From Hyalangium minutum (GTDB taxonomy: Bacteria; Myxococcota; Myxococcia; Myxococcales; Myxococcaceae): a stretch of 64,000 nt of DNA. The stretch is taken from NCBI RefSeq assembly GCF_000737315.1, contig NZ_JMCB01000003.1, forward strand, positions 930,001 to 994,000, read 5' to 3'. Shown here one piece after another: positions 48,629 through 58,666 of the stretch. Under the pieces are notes generated by a model. It saw only the letters and a program-made list of their open reading frames with translations, did not search any database and had not been told where the DNA came from. A program made the position numbers and the translations under genes. The number at the start of each line of letters is the position of its first letter. Position 1 is the stretch's first letter.

Positions 48629-50590
48629 TCAGGCCGCCTTGATCTTCACCGGCGCGGACAGCGCGTACCACGCGGTGCGGAAGGCCTTCAGCTCGCGCAG
48701 GCCGGCGGGGTGACGGCCGAGCGCCGGAGCCATGGTCACAGGCAGGCCGATCTTCTTCTCGATGGCCTTGGCCGCGTTGAGCTCCAGCTTGCGGCGGTTC
48801 TCGCACTTGGGGCAGGTGGACTTGGGGCCCACGCGGTTGACGAGCACGCGCTCCACCTGGAGCTTCTTCGCCTGGAGGTACTCCACCAGCCGCTCGGTGC
48901 GCGAAGCCGCGAGATCCTCGCCGCGCGTGACGACAACGAAGCGGGACTCGTTGGGCGAGGCCAGCGCCTCCTCGAAGCGCTTCACGTGCTTGAGCTGCGC
49001 GGCCACGTCATCGGCCAGCTCGCCCAGGCCCTTGGTCTTGTACTTGGACAGGATGGCGTGCAGCGCGCCCAGCCACGTCTTCGCGGTCTCGGCCAGCTCC
49101 ACCACGCGCATGGAGGTGATCATCGGCGCGGGATCCACGACGATGCGCTTGAAGCGCTCCTGGACCAGCGCGTCCGTCAGGCACGACAGCGCGGCCAGCT
49201 CATCGATGCCCGGAGGCGCGCACTCCAGCAGGTTGCGCAGCGCGGCCAGGTCGGCCGGCACGTCGCCGCTCTTCGGCGCGCCCTCGAAGCCCTTCTCGGC
49301 CTTCTCCTTGAGGCGCTTGCGCAGGGCGGTGAACCAGCCGTTCACGTCCAGCTCGCGGGCGTAGAGGCCCTTGGTGCCCTTCACCTGCGTCTCGGTGTCC
49401 GTCAGGCGGCTCTGGAGCACGTCCGACAGCGAGTGCGCCGGATCCGTGGAGATGAGGAGCACGGGCCCCTCCTTCTCCGTCAGCGTCACTGCAGCCGCGG
49501 CGGCGCAGGAGCTCTTGCCCACCCCACCCTGCCCCACGAAGAAGATCAGGCGCGTGGGAGGCAGCGGCGGCGCGGCAATCGGAGGCATGGAGGGCGCGCG
49601 TACCAGCGCCGGAGGCCCCTCGGCGGCGGAGAACTCCAGCGCCTTGGTCTCCTTGCCTCCAATCCACTCCTTGGCGAACTTCTTGATCCCATCCAGCCCG
49701 CGCGGCGCCAGCTCGCGCTTGGCGATGAGCTGCACGGGGACGGCCTTGTCCAGCGCCTGGAACTTGCGCACGTGAGGGGCCTGGAGGCCGCGGCGGCCCT
49801 GGCACGCGGGACAGCCGCCCTTCTCCTCCACCTGGTTGACAAGGATCTCCGTCACCGGGATGGCGCGCTCGCGAAGCTGCGCGAAGTACATGCGCGTCTG
49901 CGCCTCGGGCACCGGCTCGGCCAGCGCCACGAGGTGGAACGCCGAGCGCGTCCCGTCCTTGATGAGCGCCAGCAGCCGCTCCGCCTTGCCAGCGACTTCA
50001 TCCAGGAACGTGCCCTCGGCCGGAGTCGGCGCGGGCTCCTTCTTGCCCTTGCCGCTGGAGGCGGGCTTGTCCGTGCCCGTCCTCACGATGCCCAGGAACT
50101 TGCGCAGGCCCTGGGGCAAGTCGAACAGGCGCAGCGTGTGGCTGGTGGGCGAGGTGTCGACGACGATCCGGTCGAACTCCTTGGCCTCCAGCAGTTCCAG
50201 CACCTGGAAGAAGCTCACCAACTCCTCGAGCCCCGGTACGGCCTGGGCAAAGAGCTTGCCGAGATCTTCATCCGACAGCACAGAGCCCTTGGCGGCGGCC
50301 TTCTCCAGAGCGGGGACGTACTTGGCGGCGAACGGCTTGATCAGGGCCGCGGGCTCCAACTCCGCCGCGTACAGGCCCCCTTCGCCCTTGCCAGCCACCA
50401 GCTTCGAGGGCTTCGCCGTCAGCTTCTTCTTCACCAGATCGGACAGCGTTCGAGCCGGATCCAGGGAGACGAGGAGCACTTTCTCCTTGGGCGCTTCCTC
50501 GGCAAGATTCAACGCATAGGCTGCGGCCAGCGTGCTCTTTCCAACACCGCCTTTGCCGCCGAAGAAGTGGAGAACTCGCGCATCACTCAT
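48629..50590 (-). CDS. Tandem ArsA/GET3-family ATPase
   Basis: Two SIMIBI domains: GKGGVGKS / DTSPTSH and GQGGVGKS / STDPAHSL; PGLEE and PGIDE; CxxC in each half. Confidence 0.9.
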   Translation of the reverse strand: MSDARVLHFFGGKGGVGKSTLAAAYALNLAEEAPKEKVLLVSLDPARTLSDLVKKKLTAKPSKLVAGKGEGGLYAAELEPAALIKPFAAKYVPALEKAAAKGSVLSDEDLGKLFAQAVPGLEELVSFFQVLELLEAKEFDRIVVDTSPTSHTLRLFDLPQGLRKFLGIVRTGTDKPASSGKGKKEPAPTPAEGTFLDEVAGKAERLLALIKDGTRSAFHLVALAEPVPEAQTRMYFAQLRERAIPVTEILVNQVEEKGGCPACQGRRGLQAPHVRKFQALDKAVPVQLIAKRELAPRGLDGIKKFAKEWIGGKETKALEFSAAEGPPALVRAPSMPPIAAPPLPPTRLIFFVGQGGVGKSSCAAAAAVTLTEKEGPVLLISTDPAHSLSDVLQSRLTDTETQVKGTKGLYARELDVNGWFTALRKRLKEKAEKGFEGAPKSGDVPADLAALRNLLECAPPGIDELAALSCLTDALVQERFKRIVVDPAPMITSMRVVELAETAKTWLGALHAILSKYKTKGLGELADDVAAQLKHVKRFEEALASPNESRFVVVTRGEDLAASRTERLVEYLQAKKLQVERVLVNRVGPKSTCPKCENRRKLELNAAKAIEKKIGLPVTMAPALGRHPAGLRELKAFRTAWYALSAPVKIKAA

Positions 50591-50877
50591 TGCGTCGTGG
50601 CCTTCCTTGACGCCCCCCGTCGGCTTCCGAATCGTCCATCCGTAGACAGCCGCGGATCAGGCGGTGGAGTCCCCAGCCAGGTCATGGCCTGCGTCGGAAC
50701 CCCATGTATGAGAGGTCCGGATGATCCCCCGTCCAGAGGGTAAAAGTCAAGAGTTGACGCGGGTTTTGCAGCCCTGGCACACCCGTTGACGCGATGTGCC
50801 AGGCTGCTTGAAAGCCTCACTGCCAGGGAACTCCAAAGGCGCGAAATCCGGGCCGGAATTCCTACCTGGAAGGTCGA

Positions 50878-52314
50878 CTACCGGGCGTCGACCTCGCCAG
50901 ATCCCCCGGCCCCACCGCCGCCGGCGGCCTTCACCAGGCCATCGGTCACGGAGCCCTGCTGGCGGGCCTCAGCGGCGTAGCGGTTGAGCTTGTTGTAGAG
51001 GGTCTTTTCAGACACCCCCAGGATCTCAGCGGTGCGGGCCTTGTTGTTCCCGTTCCGCTGCAGGCTGCCGAGGATGTACTCGCGCTCCACCGCGTCCAGG
51101 GACAGGCCGTAGGGCAGCCGGAAGGTGTGGCGCTCCGGGCTCTTGCCCGCCATGTCGGGGGGCAGATGCTCGCGGGTGATCAGCTCGCCGTCACAGAGGA
51201 TGACGGCGCGCTCCACGGCATTGCGCAACTCACGGATGTTGCCCGGCCAGTCGTGCGCCTTGAGCACCTCCATGGCCTCCGGGTGCACTCCCGTCACGCG
51301 CTTGGCCGAGTCCCCGCCGAACTTCTCCACGAAGTGCTGCACGAGGATGGGGATGTCCTCCCGGCGCTCACGCAGCGGCGGCAGGTGCACCTGGAACACG
51401 TTGAGGCGGAAGTAGAGATCCTCGCGGAAGCGCTGGTTCTTGATCTCCTGCTTCAGGTCGCGGTTCGTGGCGCACAGCACGCGCACGTCCACCTCGATCT
51501 CCACCTTGCCGCCCAGCCGGCGCAGCCGCCCCTCTTCCAGCACGCGCAGCAGCTTGGCCTGCAGCTCGATGGGAATCTCACCGAGCTCGTCCAGGAAGAG
51601 CGTGCCGCCGTGGGCCATCTCGAAGACGCCCGGGCGGCGCTGATCCGCACCCGTGAAGGCGCCGCGCTCGTGGCCGAAGAACTCGGACTCGATCAGCGTG
51701 GCGGGGATGGACGCGCAGTTGATGGCGATGAAGGGCTTCTCGCGGCGCAGCGACAGGTTGTGGATGGCGCGAGCCACCACTTCCTTACCGGTGCCGGACT
51801 CGCCGGAGATGGCGACGCTGGCCTTGGAGGGAGCCACCTTCTCGATCAGCTCGCCCACCTTGCGCATGGCGCCCGAGGTGGAGATCAGATCCTGCTGCCC
51901 CAGCTGCTTGAGGCGGCGCCGCAGCGTCTGTACCTCGCGCTGCGTCTCCTTCTTCTCCAAGGCCCGCTCGATGCAGACCTTCAGGCGCGCGATGTTCAGC
52001 GGCTTCTCGATGAAGTCGTACGCGCCCTCCTTGATTGCGCCCACGGCGGCGTCGATGGTGCCTCGGCCGGTGAGGAAGACGACCGGGCAGTCCGGCAGCT
52101 CCTCCCGCAGCTGACGCATCAACCAGAGCCCGTCCGTCTCCGGCATGGCCAGATCCGACAGGACCACGTCCGGACGGAACTCGCCCGCCTTGCGCAGGGC
52201 ATCGTGCCCGTCGAACGCCACCTCGACTTTGTGCCCCCAGGAGCTGAGCATTTCTGCCAGCGCCTCGCACGTCGCGCGTTCGTCATCCACGGCCAGAATT
52301 CGTGCGCTGCCCAA
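50878..52314 (-). CDS. nla6: Sigma54-dependent response regulator (NtrC family), probable Nla6 ortholog
   Basis: Receiver (VDDE, SDLAMP, FIEKP), [14 protein letters not shown], Fis HTH; adjacent to an Nla6S-like kinase. Confidence 0.7.
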   Translation of the reverse strand: MGSARILAVDDERATCEALAEMLSSWGHKVEVAFDGHDALRKAGEFRPDVVLSDLAMPETDGLWLMRQLREELPDCPVVFLTGRGTIDAAVGAIKEGAYDFIEKPLNIARLKVCIERALEKKETQREVQTLRRRLKQLGQQDLISTSGAMRKVGELIEKVAPSKASVAISGESGTGKEVVARAIHNLSLRREKPFIAINCASIPATLIESEFFGHERGAFTGADQRRPGVFEMAHGGTLFLDELGEIPIELQAKLLRVLEEGRLRRLGGKVEIEVDVRVLCATNRDLKQEIKNQRFREDLYFRLNVFQVHLPPLRERREDIPILVQHFVEKFGGDSAKRVTGVHPEAMEVLKAHDWPGNIRELRNAVERAVILCDGELITREHLPPDMAGKSPERHTFRLPYGLSLDAVEREYILGSLQRNGNNKARTAEILGVSEKTLYNKLNRYAAEARQQGSVTDGLVKAAGGGGAGGSGEVDAR

Positions 52315-52398
52315 GATGAAGACCTCCCTACAGCTTTCGCCTGGTGTGTAACTGAGAAGAGAAACTGAACTCGTTGAAGCGCTGAGCGGTGCCGCAGC

Positions 52399-53103
52399 TC
52401 AGACGCGCGCAAAAATGAAGCGGCAGACGTCCCCTCGGACCTGGAACTCGACTCCCAGCTGCGCACAGCGCAGGCCCAGGGCAGCGATGATGTCCGGTGC
52501 CGACTCCGGAGCAGAGCCCGCCGAGTCCTTCACCTCGAGCACCGCCTGCGAGCCCTCGGCCCGGACAGCCACGGTGACCTCGGTGCTCGCCTCCGAGCGC
52601 CCGAAGGCGCGCAGCAACGACTGGATCAGGAAGAAGCTCACCTCGCTGGTGTCCTGCAGCTTCACGCGCAGATCCGGCTCGATCGCGACGTTCAGCTTGA
52701 GGCGCCGGCGCCGGCTCTCGTGCGCAATCACGTCCAGTGAGCGCTTGGCCAGCTCGGACAACACCACCTCGCCCCCAGTGCTCCCGCGGAAGACGATGAA
52801 GTCGGCGAACTGGCGCAGGATGCCGTCCACGCGCTGGATCTGATCGCGCATGGCCTTGATGTTCTTCGCCTGCGAGGGAGGCACCTCCCCCGTCTCGCCC
52901 TTGAGCTTCTCGGAGAGGACCTCGAGGTTGATGGAGAGTGCGTTGAGCGGGTTGCGCACGTCGTGCAGCAGGCTGTCCATCAAGGTGGGAACAGCGCTGT
53001 AGCGAGCCGCCCCGACGACAGGGTCGGACGACTCTTGCACTGCGGGCACACTGGTCACAGCCGTGGACGTAACCACCGGGAACTCCTCAAGAATTGTCAC
53101 CAA
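52399..53103 (-). CDS. nla6S: Atypical cytoplasmic histidine kinase, Nla6S family
   Basis: H-box LLHDVRNPLN intact; N, G1, F and G2 boxes absent or degenerate; upstream of the sigma54 response regulator, as described for M. xanthus Nla6S. Confidence 0.7.
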   Translation of the reverse strand: MVTILEEFPVVTSTAVTSVPAVQESSDPVVGAARYSAVPTLMDSLLHDVRNPLNALSINLEVLSEKLKGETGEVPPSQAKNIKAMRDQIQRVDGILRQFADFIVFRGSTGGEVVLSELAKRSLDVIAHESRRRRLKLNVAIEPDLRVKLQDTSEVSFFLIQSLLRAFGRSEASTEVTVAVRAEGSQAVLEVKDSAGSAPESAPDIIAALGLRCAQLGVEFQVRGDVCRFIFARV

Positions 53104-53313
53104 CCGCCGCGCCCCGCCTACCGGTGCGAGGATTTAGGGAGTGGCCTGTAAAACGGCAACCCCTGGCCGGTAATTCTTGCCGAAGTCGGGGAATTCCCCT
53201 GTGAGTCCGCTTGCTTGGACCCCTTGAAAAGTGTCCGAAGTGCAACGTTCCCCGCTCCGGAAAGCGTTGCCTTGCTCCGAGCTGTCCGCAGGTGAACGGA
53301 GGGGCGCGCGCGA

Positions 53314-53766
53314 TCAGCGCGGCTCGGGTGGCTGAGCGGCCTCGCCGAGCCCGGTGAGCTCCAAGCCGATCTTGGCGGCGTACTCGAAGATGCGCGGGTC
53401 CCGGTAGAACTCGCCGAAGACGATGCGGGAGCAGCCGCTGTTGGCGATCAGCTTGAAGCAGGGCCAGCAGGGACTGGCGGTGGTGTAGATGGTGGCGTCG
53501 TCGATGCTCACACCGTTCTTGGCGGCCTGGATGATGGCGTTGGCCTCGGCATGGACGGTGGCCACGCAGTGGCCGTTCTCCATCATGTGGCCCACGTCAT
53601 CACAGTGCGGCAGGCCGCGGATGGAGCCGTTGTAGCCGGTGGAGAGGATGGTGCGATCGCGCACCAGCAGTGCGCCCACGTGCTTGCGATCGCAGGTGGC
53701 GCGTGTGGCCACCTGGCGCGCGATGTCCATGAAGTACTGATCCCACGAGCTGCGCGGCTGGCCCAA
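53314..53766 (-). CDS. dCMP deaminase / ComEB family
   Basis: WDQYFM, RATCDRKHVGA, TGYNG, HAEANA, SPCWPC; TTG start after GGAGG. Confidence 0.92.
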   Translation of the reverse strand: MGQPRSSWDQYFMDIARQVATRATCDRKHVGALLVRDRTILSTGYNGSIRGLPHCDDVGHMMENGHCVATVHAEANAIIQAAKNGVSIDDATIYTTASPCWPCFKLIANSGCSRIVFGEFYRDPRIFEYAAKIGLELTGLGEAAQPPEPR

Positions 53767-53922
53767 AGCACGACCTCCTGAGTTGGAAGAGACGCGCGCG
53801 GTGTAGCGCGGCGGAAAGCGGATTCCAATCTCCGCGGGCTGTCGGCCAATCGACGAAGGGACTGCAAGCAGGTTGGTTCCGGGAGGGTGCGTCCCCAACT
53901 TCCCTACAAAGGGGCCGGAAGG

Positions 53923-54261
53923 ATGAATCGAAGGGTTGTAGGGCTGGGAGCGCTGGGGGTGGGAACACTGGGGCTGGTGAGCATGCCCGCCCTGGCACAA
54001 GAACCCCCCGCCGAAGTGCGGAGCCTGCGCGAGGTGAGCGGGCCGATCACGGCGGTCAACCTGCGCGGGGGCACGGTGACGGTGGAACTCGAGCAGGCGA
54101 ACGAGCGGGTGGAGCTTCGCGTGGACGGCGACACCACCATCTTCCTTCCTGGGCGCACGGGGCACTTGGCGGACCTGAAGGCGGGCCAGCGCGTGCGGGC
54201 GGCGTACGAGCCTCGGGAGCGCATCTGGGTGGCCCAGTGGATCGAGCTGCTGGAGCCCTGA
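53923..54261 (+). CDS. Small exported OB-fold-like protein (DUF5666-like)
   Basis: Signal peptide ending PALA; VSGPITAVN...DLKAGQRVRAAY. Confidence 0.6.
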   Translation: MNRRVVGLGALGVGTLGLVSMPALAQEPPAEVRSLREVSGPITAVNLRGGTVTVELEQANERVELRVDGDTTIFLPGRTGHLADLKAGQRVRAAYEPRERIWVAQWIELLEP

Positions 54262-54320
54262 AAGGCGACCTGCAAAAAGGCTGGTCGCCTCAAGCGAGCA
54301 AGTGACCTAAAACGGTGGCG

Positions 54321-55466
54321 ATGCGCTTTCTGGTCGCTGCCCAGTTCGTCCCGGATCCCAACAGTGGCTCTGCGGGCTCCGTGTTGGCGGTGGGGCAGGC
54401 GCTGGCTGCGAGAGGACACTCCGTGGAGTACGAGTGGCTGCCGCCCGAACGGGGGCTGCTGCGCCACCCGGCGCTGCGCCGCCACTTCGAGGTGCCCACC
54501 CAACAACTCCGGGCGCTGGCCCGGCGTCTGAAGTCGGCTCGGTATGACGTGGTGATGGTGAGCCAGCCCCAGGCCTACCTGGCCTACGAGCTTCTGCCTT
54601 CGCTGCACCCGCGCACTCTCTTCGTGAATCGGACCCATGGCTGGGAGCACCGCCTGCTGCAGGCCGAGCAGCGCCTGGGCTACGAGCCGCAGCGGCCGCT
54701 GGGCAACCGCGTCCTCTCGAAGGCCAGCGCGGCGATGACGGTGATGGCGTGCTGGCGCACGGCGCGGGCGGCGCACGGGCTGGTGGCGCCCTCGTCCCGC
54801 TGTGCGCGCTTCATCCACGACACGTACGGGCTGCCCGAGGGCAAGGTGGGCTTCATCGGGTATGGGCTCGATCAGGACTTCCTGGAGTGGCCTCGGGTGG
54901 AGCCGCCCGTGCGCCTGCCGCGCCTGCTGTTCGTGGGCAGCTACCTGGCGCGCAAGGGCTCACGGCTCATGGAGGAGGTGCTGCCCCGGCTGGCACAGCG
55001 CTTCCCGGAGCTGGAGATGACCTTCGTGGTGCACGAGGGCGCTGTGCCAGAGGCGGAGCGCGTGTACCGCCCTGCCTTTGGCTCTCGGCTGCGCGTGCGC
55101 GAGTGGATGCCGAGGACCGAGCTGAGGAAGCTCTACTCCGAGCACGATGTGCTGCTGTTCCCCTCGCTCTTCGAGGGGTTCGGCAAGACGTGGCTGGAGG
55201 GCATGGCGTGCGGGCTGTGCGTGGTGGGCTTCGACGAGGGCGGGCTGGGCGATCTCGCGGAGCATGGCCGCGAAGCCCTCTTCTGCGAGGCCGGGGACGT
55301 GGCGGGCTGGGAGCGGCTGCTGGTCGAAGCGCTGGAGCACCCGGAGCGCGTGGCGGAGCTGCGCGTGCGGGGACAGACGCGCGCCCGCGGGCGCACGTGG
55401 GACGAAACGGCCAAGGACACCGAGCAGTTCTGCGAGCGGCTTCGCACCGAGCGGGGCTGGAGCTGA
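54321..55466 (+). CDS. Glycosyltransferase family 4
   Basis: LLFVGSYLARKG, DVLLFPSLFEGFGKTWLEGMACG. Confidence 0.9.
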   Translation: MRFLVAAQFVPDPNSGSAGSVLAVGQALAARGHSVEYEWLPPERGLLRHPALRRHFEVPTQQLRALARRLKSARYDVVMVSQPQAYLAYELLPSLHPRTLFVNRTHGWEHRLLQAEQRLGYEPQRPLGNRVLSKASAAMTVMACWRTARAAHGLVAPSSRCARFIHDTYGLPEGKVGFIGYGLDQDFLEWPRVEPPVRLPRLLFVGSYLARKGSRLMEEVLPRLAQRFPELEMTFVVHEGAVPEAERVYRPAFGSRLRVREWMPRTELRKLYSEHDVLLFPSLFEGFGKTWLEGMACGLCVVGFDEGGLGDLAEHGREALFCEAGDVAGWERLLVEALEHPERVAELRVRGQTRARGRTWDETAKDTEQFCERLRTERGWS

Positions 55467-55578
55467 GTTCCCAACAGTTCCGGGCAGAGGCCGTCACGGG
55501 CTGACCGCTCTTCGTTTGACGACGCGAGGCGCTTGGCCTACTCGGCCGCCCGACCACCAACTCAGGAGGGGTCGAGCC

Positions 55579-56151
55579 ATGAAGCGTTCGATTGTTGTGT
55601 GTGTTGCTGCCGTTGTGTTCGCCGGTTCCGCATTTGCGCAGGGCAATGCGCCGGCCATGGATCTAACGAAGATGGGCCCGGGGGCTCGCAAGCCCACCAA
55701 CGAGAAGCAGACGAAGAAGGAGATCGAGGACTTCTTCAAGAAGATGGAGGAGACCGAGAAGAGCGGCAACTTCGAGGCCTCGCTCGCGATGGTGGACTTC
55801 CCCATCTACATGATGACCGACGATCTGAAGGGCGTGCCCGAGGCGAAGGAGTACAGCCGCGAGGAGTACGCCGCGATGATGAAGCCCATGATGGAGACCA
55901 TGCCCAAGGACCTGAAGATGACCCACAAGCGGTCGATCACGGTCATCTCGGACTCGCTGGCGAACGTCGTCGATGACTTCTCGATGACGCTGGGCAAGCA
56001 GAAGGTCACCGGCCGCAACGCGAGCACGCTGGTGAAGCGCGATGGGCAGTGGAAGTGGAAGACGGGCGTCGAGGCCGGCTGGGGCGGGATGGGGCCTCCG
56101 CAGGGCGCGGGCGGCGGCGGGCAGACGACGCCTACCGAGGGTAAGAAGTAA
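55579..56151 (+). CDS. Exported NTF2/SnoaL-like (DUF4440-like) protein
   Basis: GGAGG RBS; signal peptide; NTF2-like ending LVKRDGQWKWK. Confidence 0.7.
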   Translation: MKRSIVVCVAAVVFAGSAFAQGNAPAMDLTKMGPGARKPTNEKQTKKEIEDFFKKMEETEKSGNFEASLAMVDFPIYMMTDDLKGVPEAKEYSREEYAAMMKPMMETMPKDLKMTHKRSITVISDSLANVVDDFSMTLGKQKVTGRNASTLVKRDGQWKWKTGVEAGWGGMGPPQGAGGGGQTTPTEGKK

Positions 56152-56165
56152 CCACCGCTGTGAAT

Positions 56166-56201
56166 CCCCTCCCCTGTCGGCCTTCATGTACGGGGGAGGG
56201 G
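56166..56201. terminator. Hairpin between convergent genes
   Basis: cccctcccc ... ggggagggg, 9-bp arms. Confidence 0.45.
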
Positions 56202-56214
56202 CTGTCGCGGTGCC

Positions 56215-56886
56215 TCAGTGCTTCGGCGCGTCGTCGCCCCAGAGTTCCTTGAGGCGCGCGTCGCGGCCACAGCCGGAGCGGTAGTAGCGATAACGCACCG
56301 GGTTCTTCTGGGCGTAGTCCTGGTGGTAGTCCTCGGCCGGGTAGAAGGTCGAAGCAGCCACGAGCTGAGTGACGATGGGCTTCTTGAAGCGGCCCGACGC
56401 CTCGAGCTGGCGCTTGGACTCCTCGGCGAGCCGCTGCTGCTCCGCATCTTGGAAGAAGATGGCGGAGCGGTACTGCGAGCCGTGATCACAGAATTGCGCG
56501 TTGGGCGTGAGCGGGTCCACGTTGTGCCAGTAGACCTGGAGTAGCTGGGCGTAGGTGACCTTGCTGGGGTCGTAGACGATCTGGACAGCCTCGGCATGGC
56601 CGGTGCTGTCGCTGGAGACCTCGTCGTAGGTGGGGTTCGCCTTCGTTCCGCCCGTGTAGCCCGACGTCGCCGAGATCACCCCGGGGAGCTTGTCGAAGGC
56701 GCTCTCCATGCTCCAGAAGCAGCCGCCCGCGAAGAGGGCGGTGGCTTGCTTGGGCTCCTCCTTCTTGGCGGGCGCGGCCTCCTTCTTCGGAGGCGCGGGG
56801 TTGGCGGGGCTGGAGGCGAGCGCTCCGGCTCCAGCCAGGGTGACAGCCAGGGCGAGCAGGGTGAGACGAGGGAAGCGGGAAGTCAT
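56215..56886 (-). CDS. msrA: Peptide-methionine (S)-S-oxide reductase with signal peptide
   Basis: AGGCFWSME, SGYTGG, NPTY, GHAEAV, QYRSAIF, AEDYHQDY. Confidence 0.93.
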   Translation of the reverse strand: MTSRFPRLTLLALAVTLAGAGALASSPANPAPPKKEAAPAKKEEPKQATALFAGGCFWSMESAFDKLPGVISATSGYTGGTKANPTYDEVSSDSTGHAEAVQIVYDPSKVTYAQLLQVYWHNVDPLTPNAQFCDHGSQYRSAIFFQDAEQQRLAEESKRQLEASGRFKKPIVTQLVAASTFYPAEDYHQDYAQKNPVRYRYYRSGCGRDARLKELWGDDAPKH

Positions 56887-57090
56887 GGGGGGTCCTTTCC
56901 TTCTCCACCCCCTTCTACGCACGACCCCTGGGTCCCGTTACACCGGCCACAGCCGGGTCCTGCTCTCCGGCCGGGGGGGACGGGAAGATGGGCCCGGGCA
57001 GTCTCCTTAGCTGCTGAGGGGCAGCTACGCGACGACCCACCATCGTGGGCGAAAATGCTACGAAGGTGACCTCTCAACCTGAGGTTTGTC

Positions 57091-57315
57091 ATGTCCGCGT
57101 ACCGCTCCGCGCCATTCCCGGAGGGGGGATTCCGCCATCGCCTCGGCGTGCTCGCATTGGTGGTCCTCGGCCTTGGCTGTGCATCGGACCTCGCGGTTGA
57201 ATTGCCAGAGCCTCCGTTGGATTCCCCACTCCCAGCGGAGGCGGCTCGCCCGTACGAAGCTCAACGCCAGTTCGGTCTGCGAGTCATCGAGAACATCCAG
57301 AAGGGAATCTGGTGA
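57091..57315 (+). pseudogene. Collapsed lipoprotein toxin remnant (signal peptide joined to a short C-terminal tail)
   Basis: Lipobox LGLGC, only 44 further residues; stop overlaps the start of a DUF2019-like gene (TGATG). Confidence 0.55.
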
Positions 57316-57668
57316 TGGCGTTGACAGATCTCGTAGAGCAGTTCGCCCAACACGTCGCCGCACAAACAGATGCCATCTGGCAAGGGGACTCCAAGCTCGG
57401 CAACAAGCACGCCAAGCAATACATCGCCGCCTTCGACAAGCTCCGAGCACGCGGCGACGCCGGACGCGACGCACTGGCGGCCTTGTTGACTCATCCGCGA
57501 ATGGACGTCCGGGTCAAGGCTGCGGCGTACCTGCTGCGCCATTGCACGGGCGAAGCCATGCGTGTCTTGGAGGACGCCGCGAAGGGTGAGGGAATGATCC
57601 CCTTCATCGCCTCCCAGGTTTTGCAGAATTGGAACGAGGGTACCTGGAACTTGGATCCGGGACCTTGA
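57315..57668 (+). CDS. DUF2019-like putative immunity protein
   Basis: LVEQFAQHVAAQTDAI..GD...GNKHAK...GRDALA.L..HPR.DVR..AA.YLL...GTWNLDP; low GC3. Confidence 0.75.
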   Translation: MALTDLVEQFAQHVAAQTDAIWQGDSKLGNKHAKQYIAAFDKLRARGDAGRDALAALLTHPRMDVRVKAAAYLLRHCTGEAMRVLEDAAKGEGMIPFIASQVLQNWNEGTWNLDPGP

Positions 57669-57678
57669 GGTGGACTTA

Positions 57679-58548
57679 TTACCTCTGCGCCGTCTGCCCG
57701 ACGCCGCCCTCGGAGGCGCGCTCCAGCAACCGGGCGAAGCCCTGGGCCTGGAGGAACTTGCGCACCTTCGAGCTTGGCGCCGCGAACGTCTCGCCCGGCA
57801 TCGGCACGTCGAAGCTGTAGTCCTCGTTCGCCACCGCGAAGCCCACCTTCGCCGTCCGGTAGCCCTCGACGATCGCCAGCAGCTTGCCCGTCTCCAGGCT
57901 GAAGATGCCGCCGCCCGACGCCCCGTACCCGATCGGCGCGTCCGTCTTCACCATCTTCGGGACCTTCGCCTGGGAGTCCCACTCCACCTGCGACAACATC
58001 CCGCCCGACAGCGACGTCGACTTGCCGAACGGGCACGCCGCCACCACCACGTCCTCGCCCAGCTCCAGCTCCGCGTCCTCCGCCAGCTGCGCCGGCGTCA
58101 GCTCCACCCCCGGCACCCGCAGCAGCGCCAGATCCATCTCCGGCACCTGTCCCACCACCGCCACCTCCACCGGATACTCCGAGAGCTCGCCCTGCCGCTC
58201 CTGGGTGATGACCATGCGCGGGCTCTTCAGATCGTCCATGCCCACCGCGTGCGCGTTGGTGATGACGTAGCTCATCACGCCCTTCTCCGTGCGCTCGGTG
58301 CCGATCACCACCCCCGAGGCCGTGCGCCGCGTCTTGCCGTTCTCCGTCACCAGCATGCGCACCGTGCTCGGCAGAATCCCCCGCACCACCTGCTTGCGCG
58401 ACGGCCTCGCCACCGCCGCCATCTGCCGCTCCACGGGAGCCTTGACCGCCGGAGCCTCCGCTACGGGCGCGGGAGGAGACGACGGAGAAGCGCTGGCGCA
58501 CGACAGGACAGCGAACAGGGCGGGGGCCCCGAGGAGAAACCGGTTCAT
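57679..58548 (-). CDS. Trypsin-like serine protease lipoprotein
   Basis: Lipobox VLSC; ITNAHAV, MDLALL, GASGGG. Confidence 0.88.
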   Translation of the reverse strand: MNRFLLGAPALFAVLSCASASPSSPPAPVAEAPAVKAPVERQMAAVARPSRKQVVRGILPSTVRMLVTENGKTRRTASGVVIGTERTEKGVMSYVITNAHAVGMDDLKSPRMVITQERQGELSEYPVEVAVVGQVPEMDLALLRVPGVELTPAQLAEDAELELGEDVVVAACPFGKSTSLSGGMLSQVEWDSQAKVPKMVKTDAPIGYGASGGGIFSLETGKLLAIVEGYRTAKVGFAVANEDYSFDVPMPGETFAAPSSKVRKFLQAQGFARLLERASEGGVGQTAQR

Positions 58549-58666
58549 CCAAGCTCCGCGAAAGGGGGGTGCAGGACTCCGTACATCTATGAGCAATGGA
58601 TCTTCCCGCGCCGCGCTGTGATTCAAAAGCACGGCGCCCCCCAAGCCCTCCCCTGCCCGCTTGCTC

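Noticed and set aside
50775-50789. Sigma54-like TGGCAC-N5-TTGA
   Set aside because: The -12 element is imperfect, and it points into the 3' end of an opposite-strand gene with no credible + strand ORF.
52399-53103. Histidine kinase lacking ATP-binding boxes, first read as a novel ChpT-like phosphotransferase
   Set aside because: Size, motif loss and position beside a sigma54 response regulator match the published Nla6S family, reported to autophosphorylate despite lacking those boxes; not novel.
56215-56886. Functional pairing of exported MsrA with the Met-rich protein
   Set aside because: They are 44 kb apart and predicted in different compartments (signal peptide versus none); no evidence of linkage.
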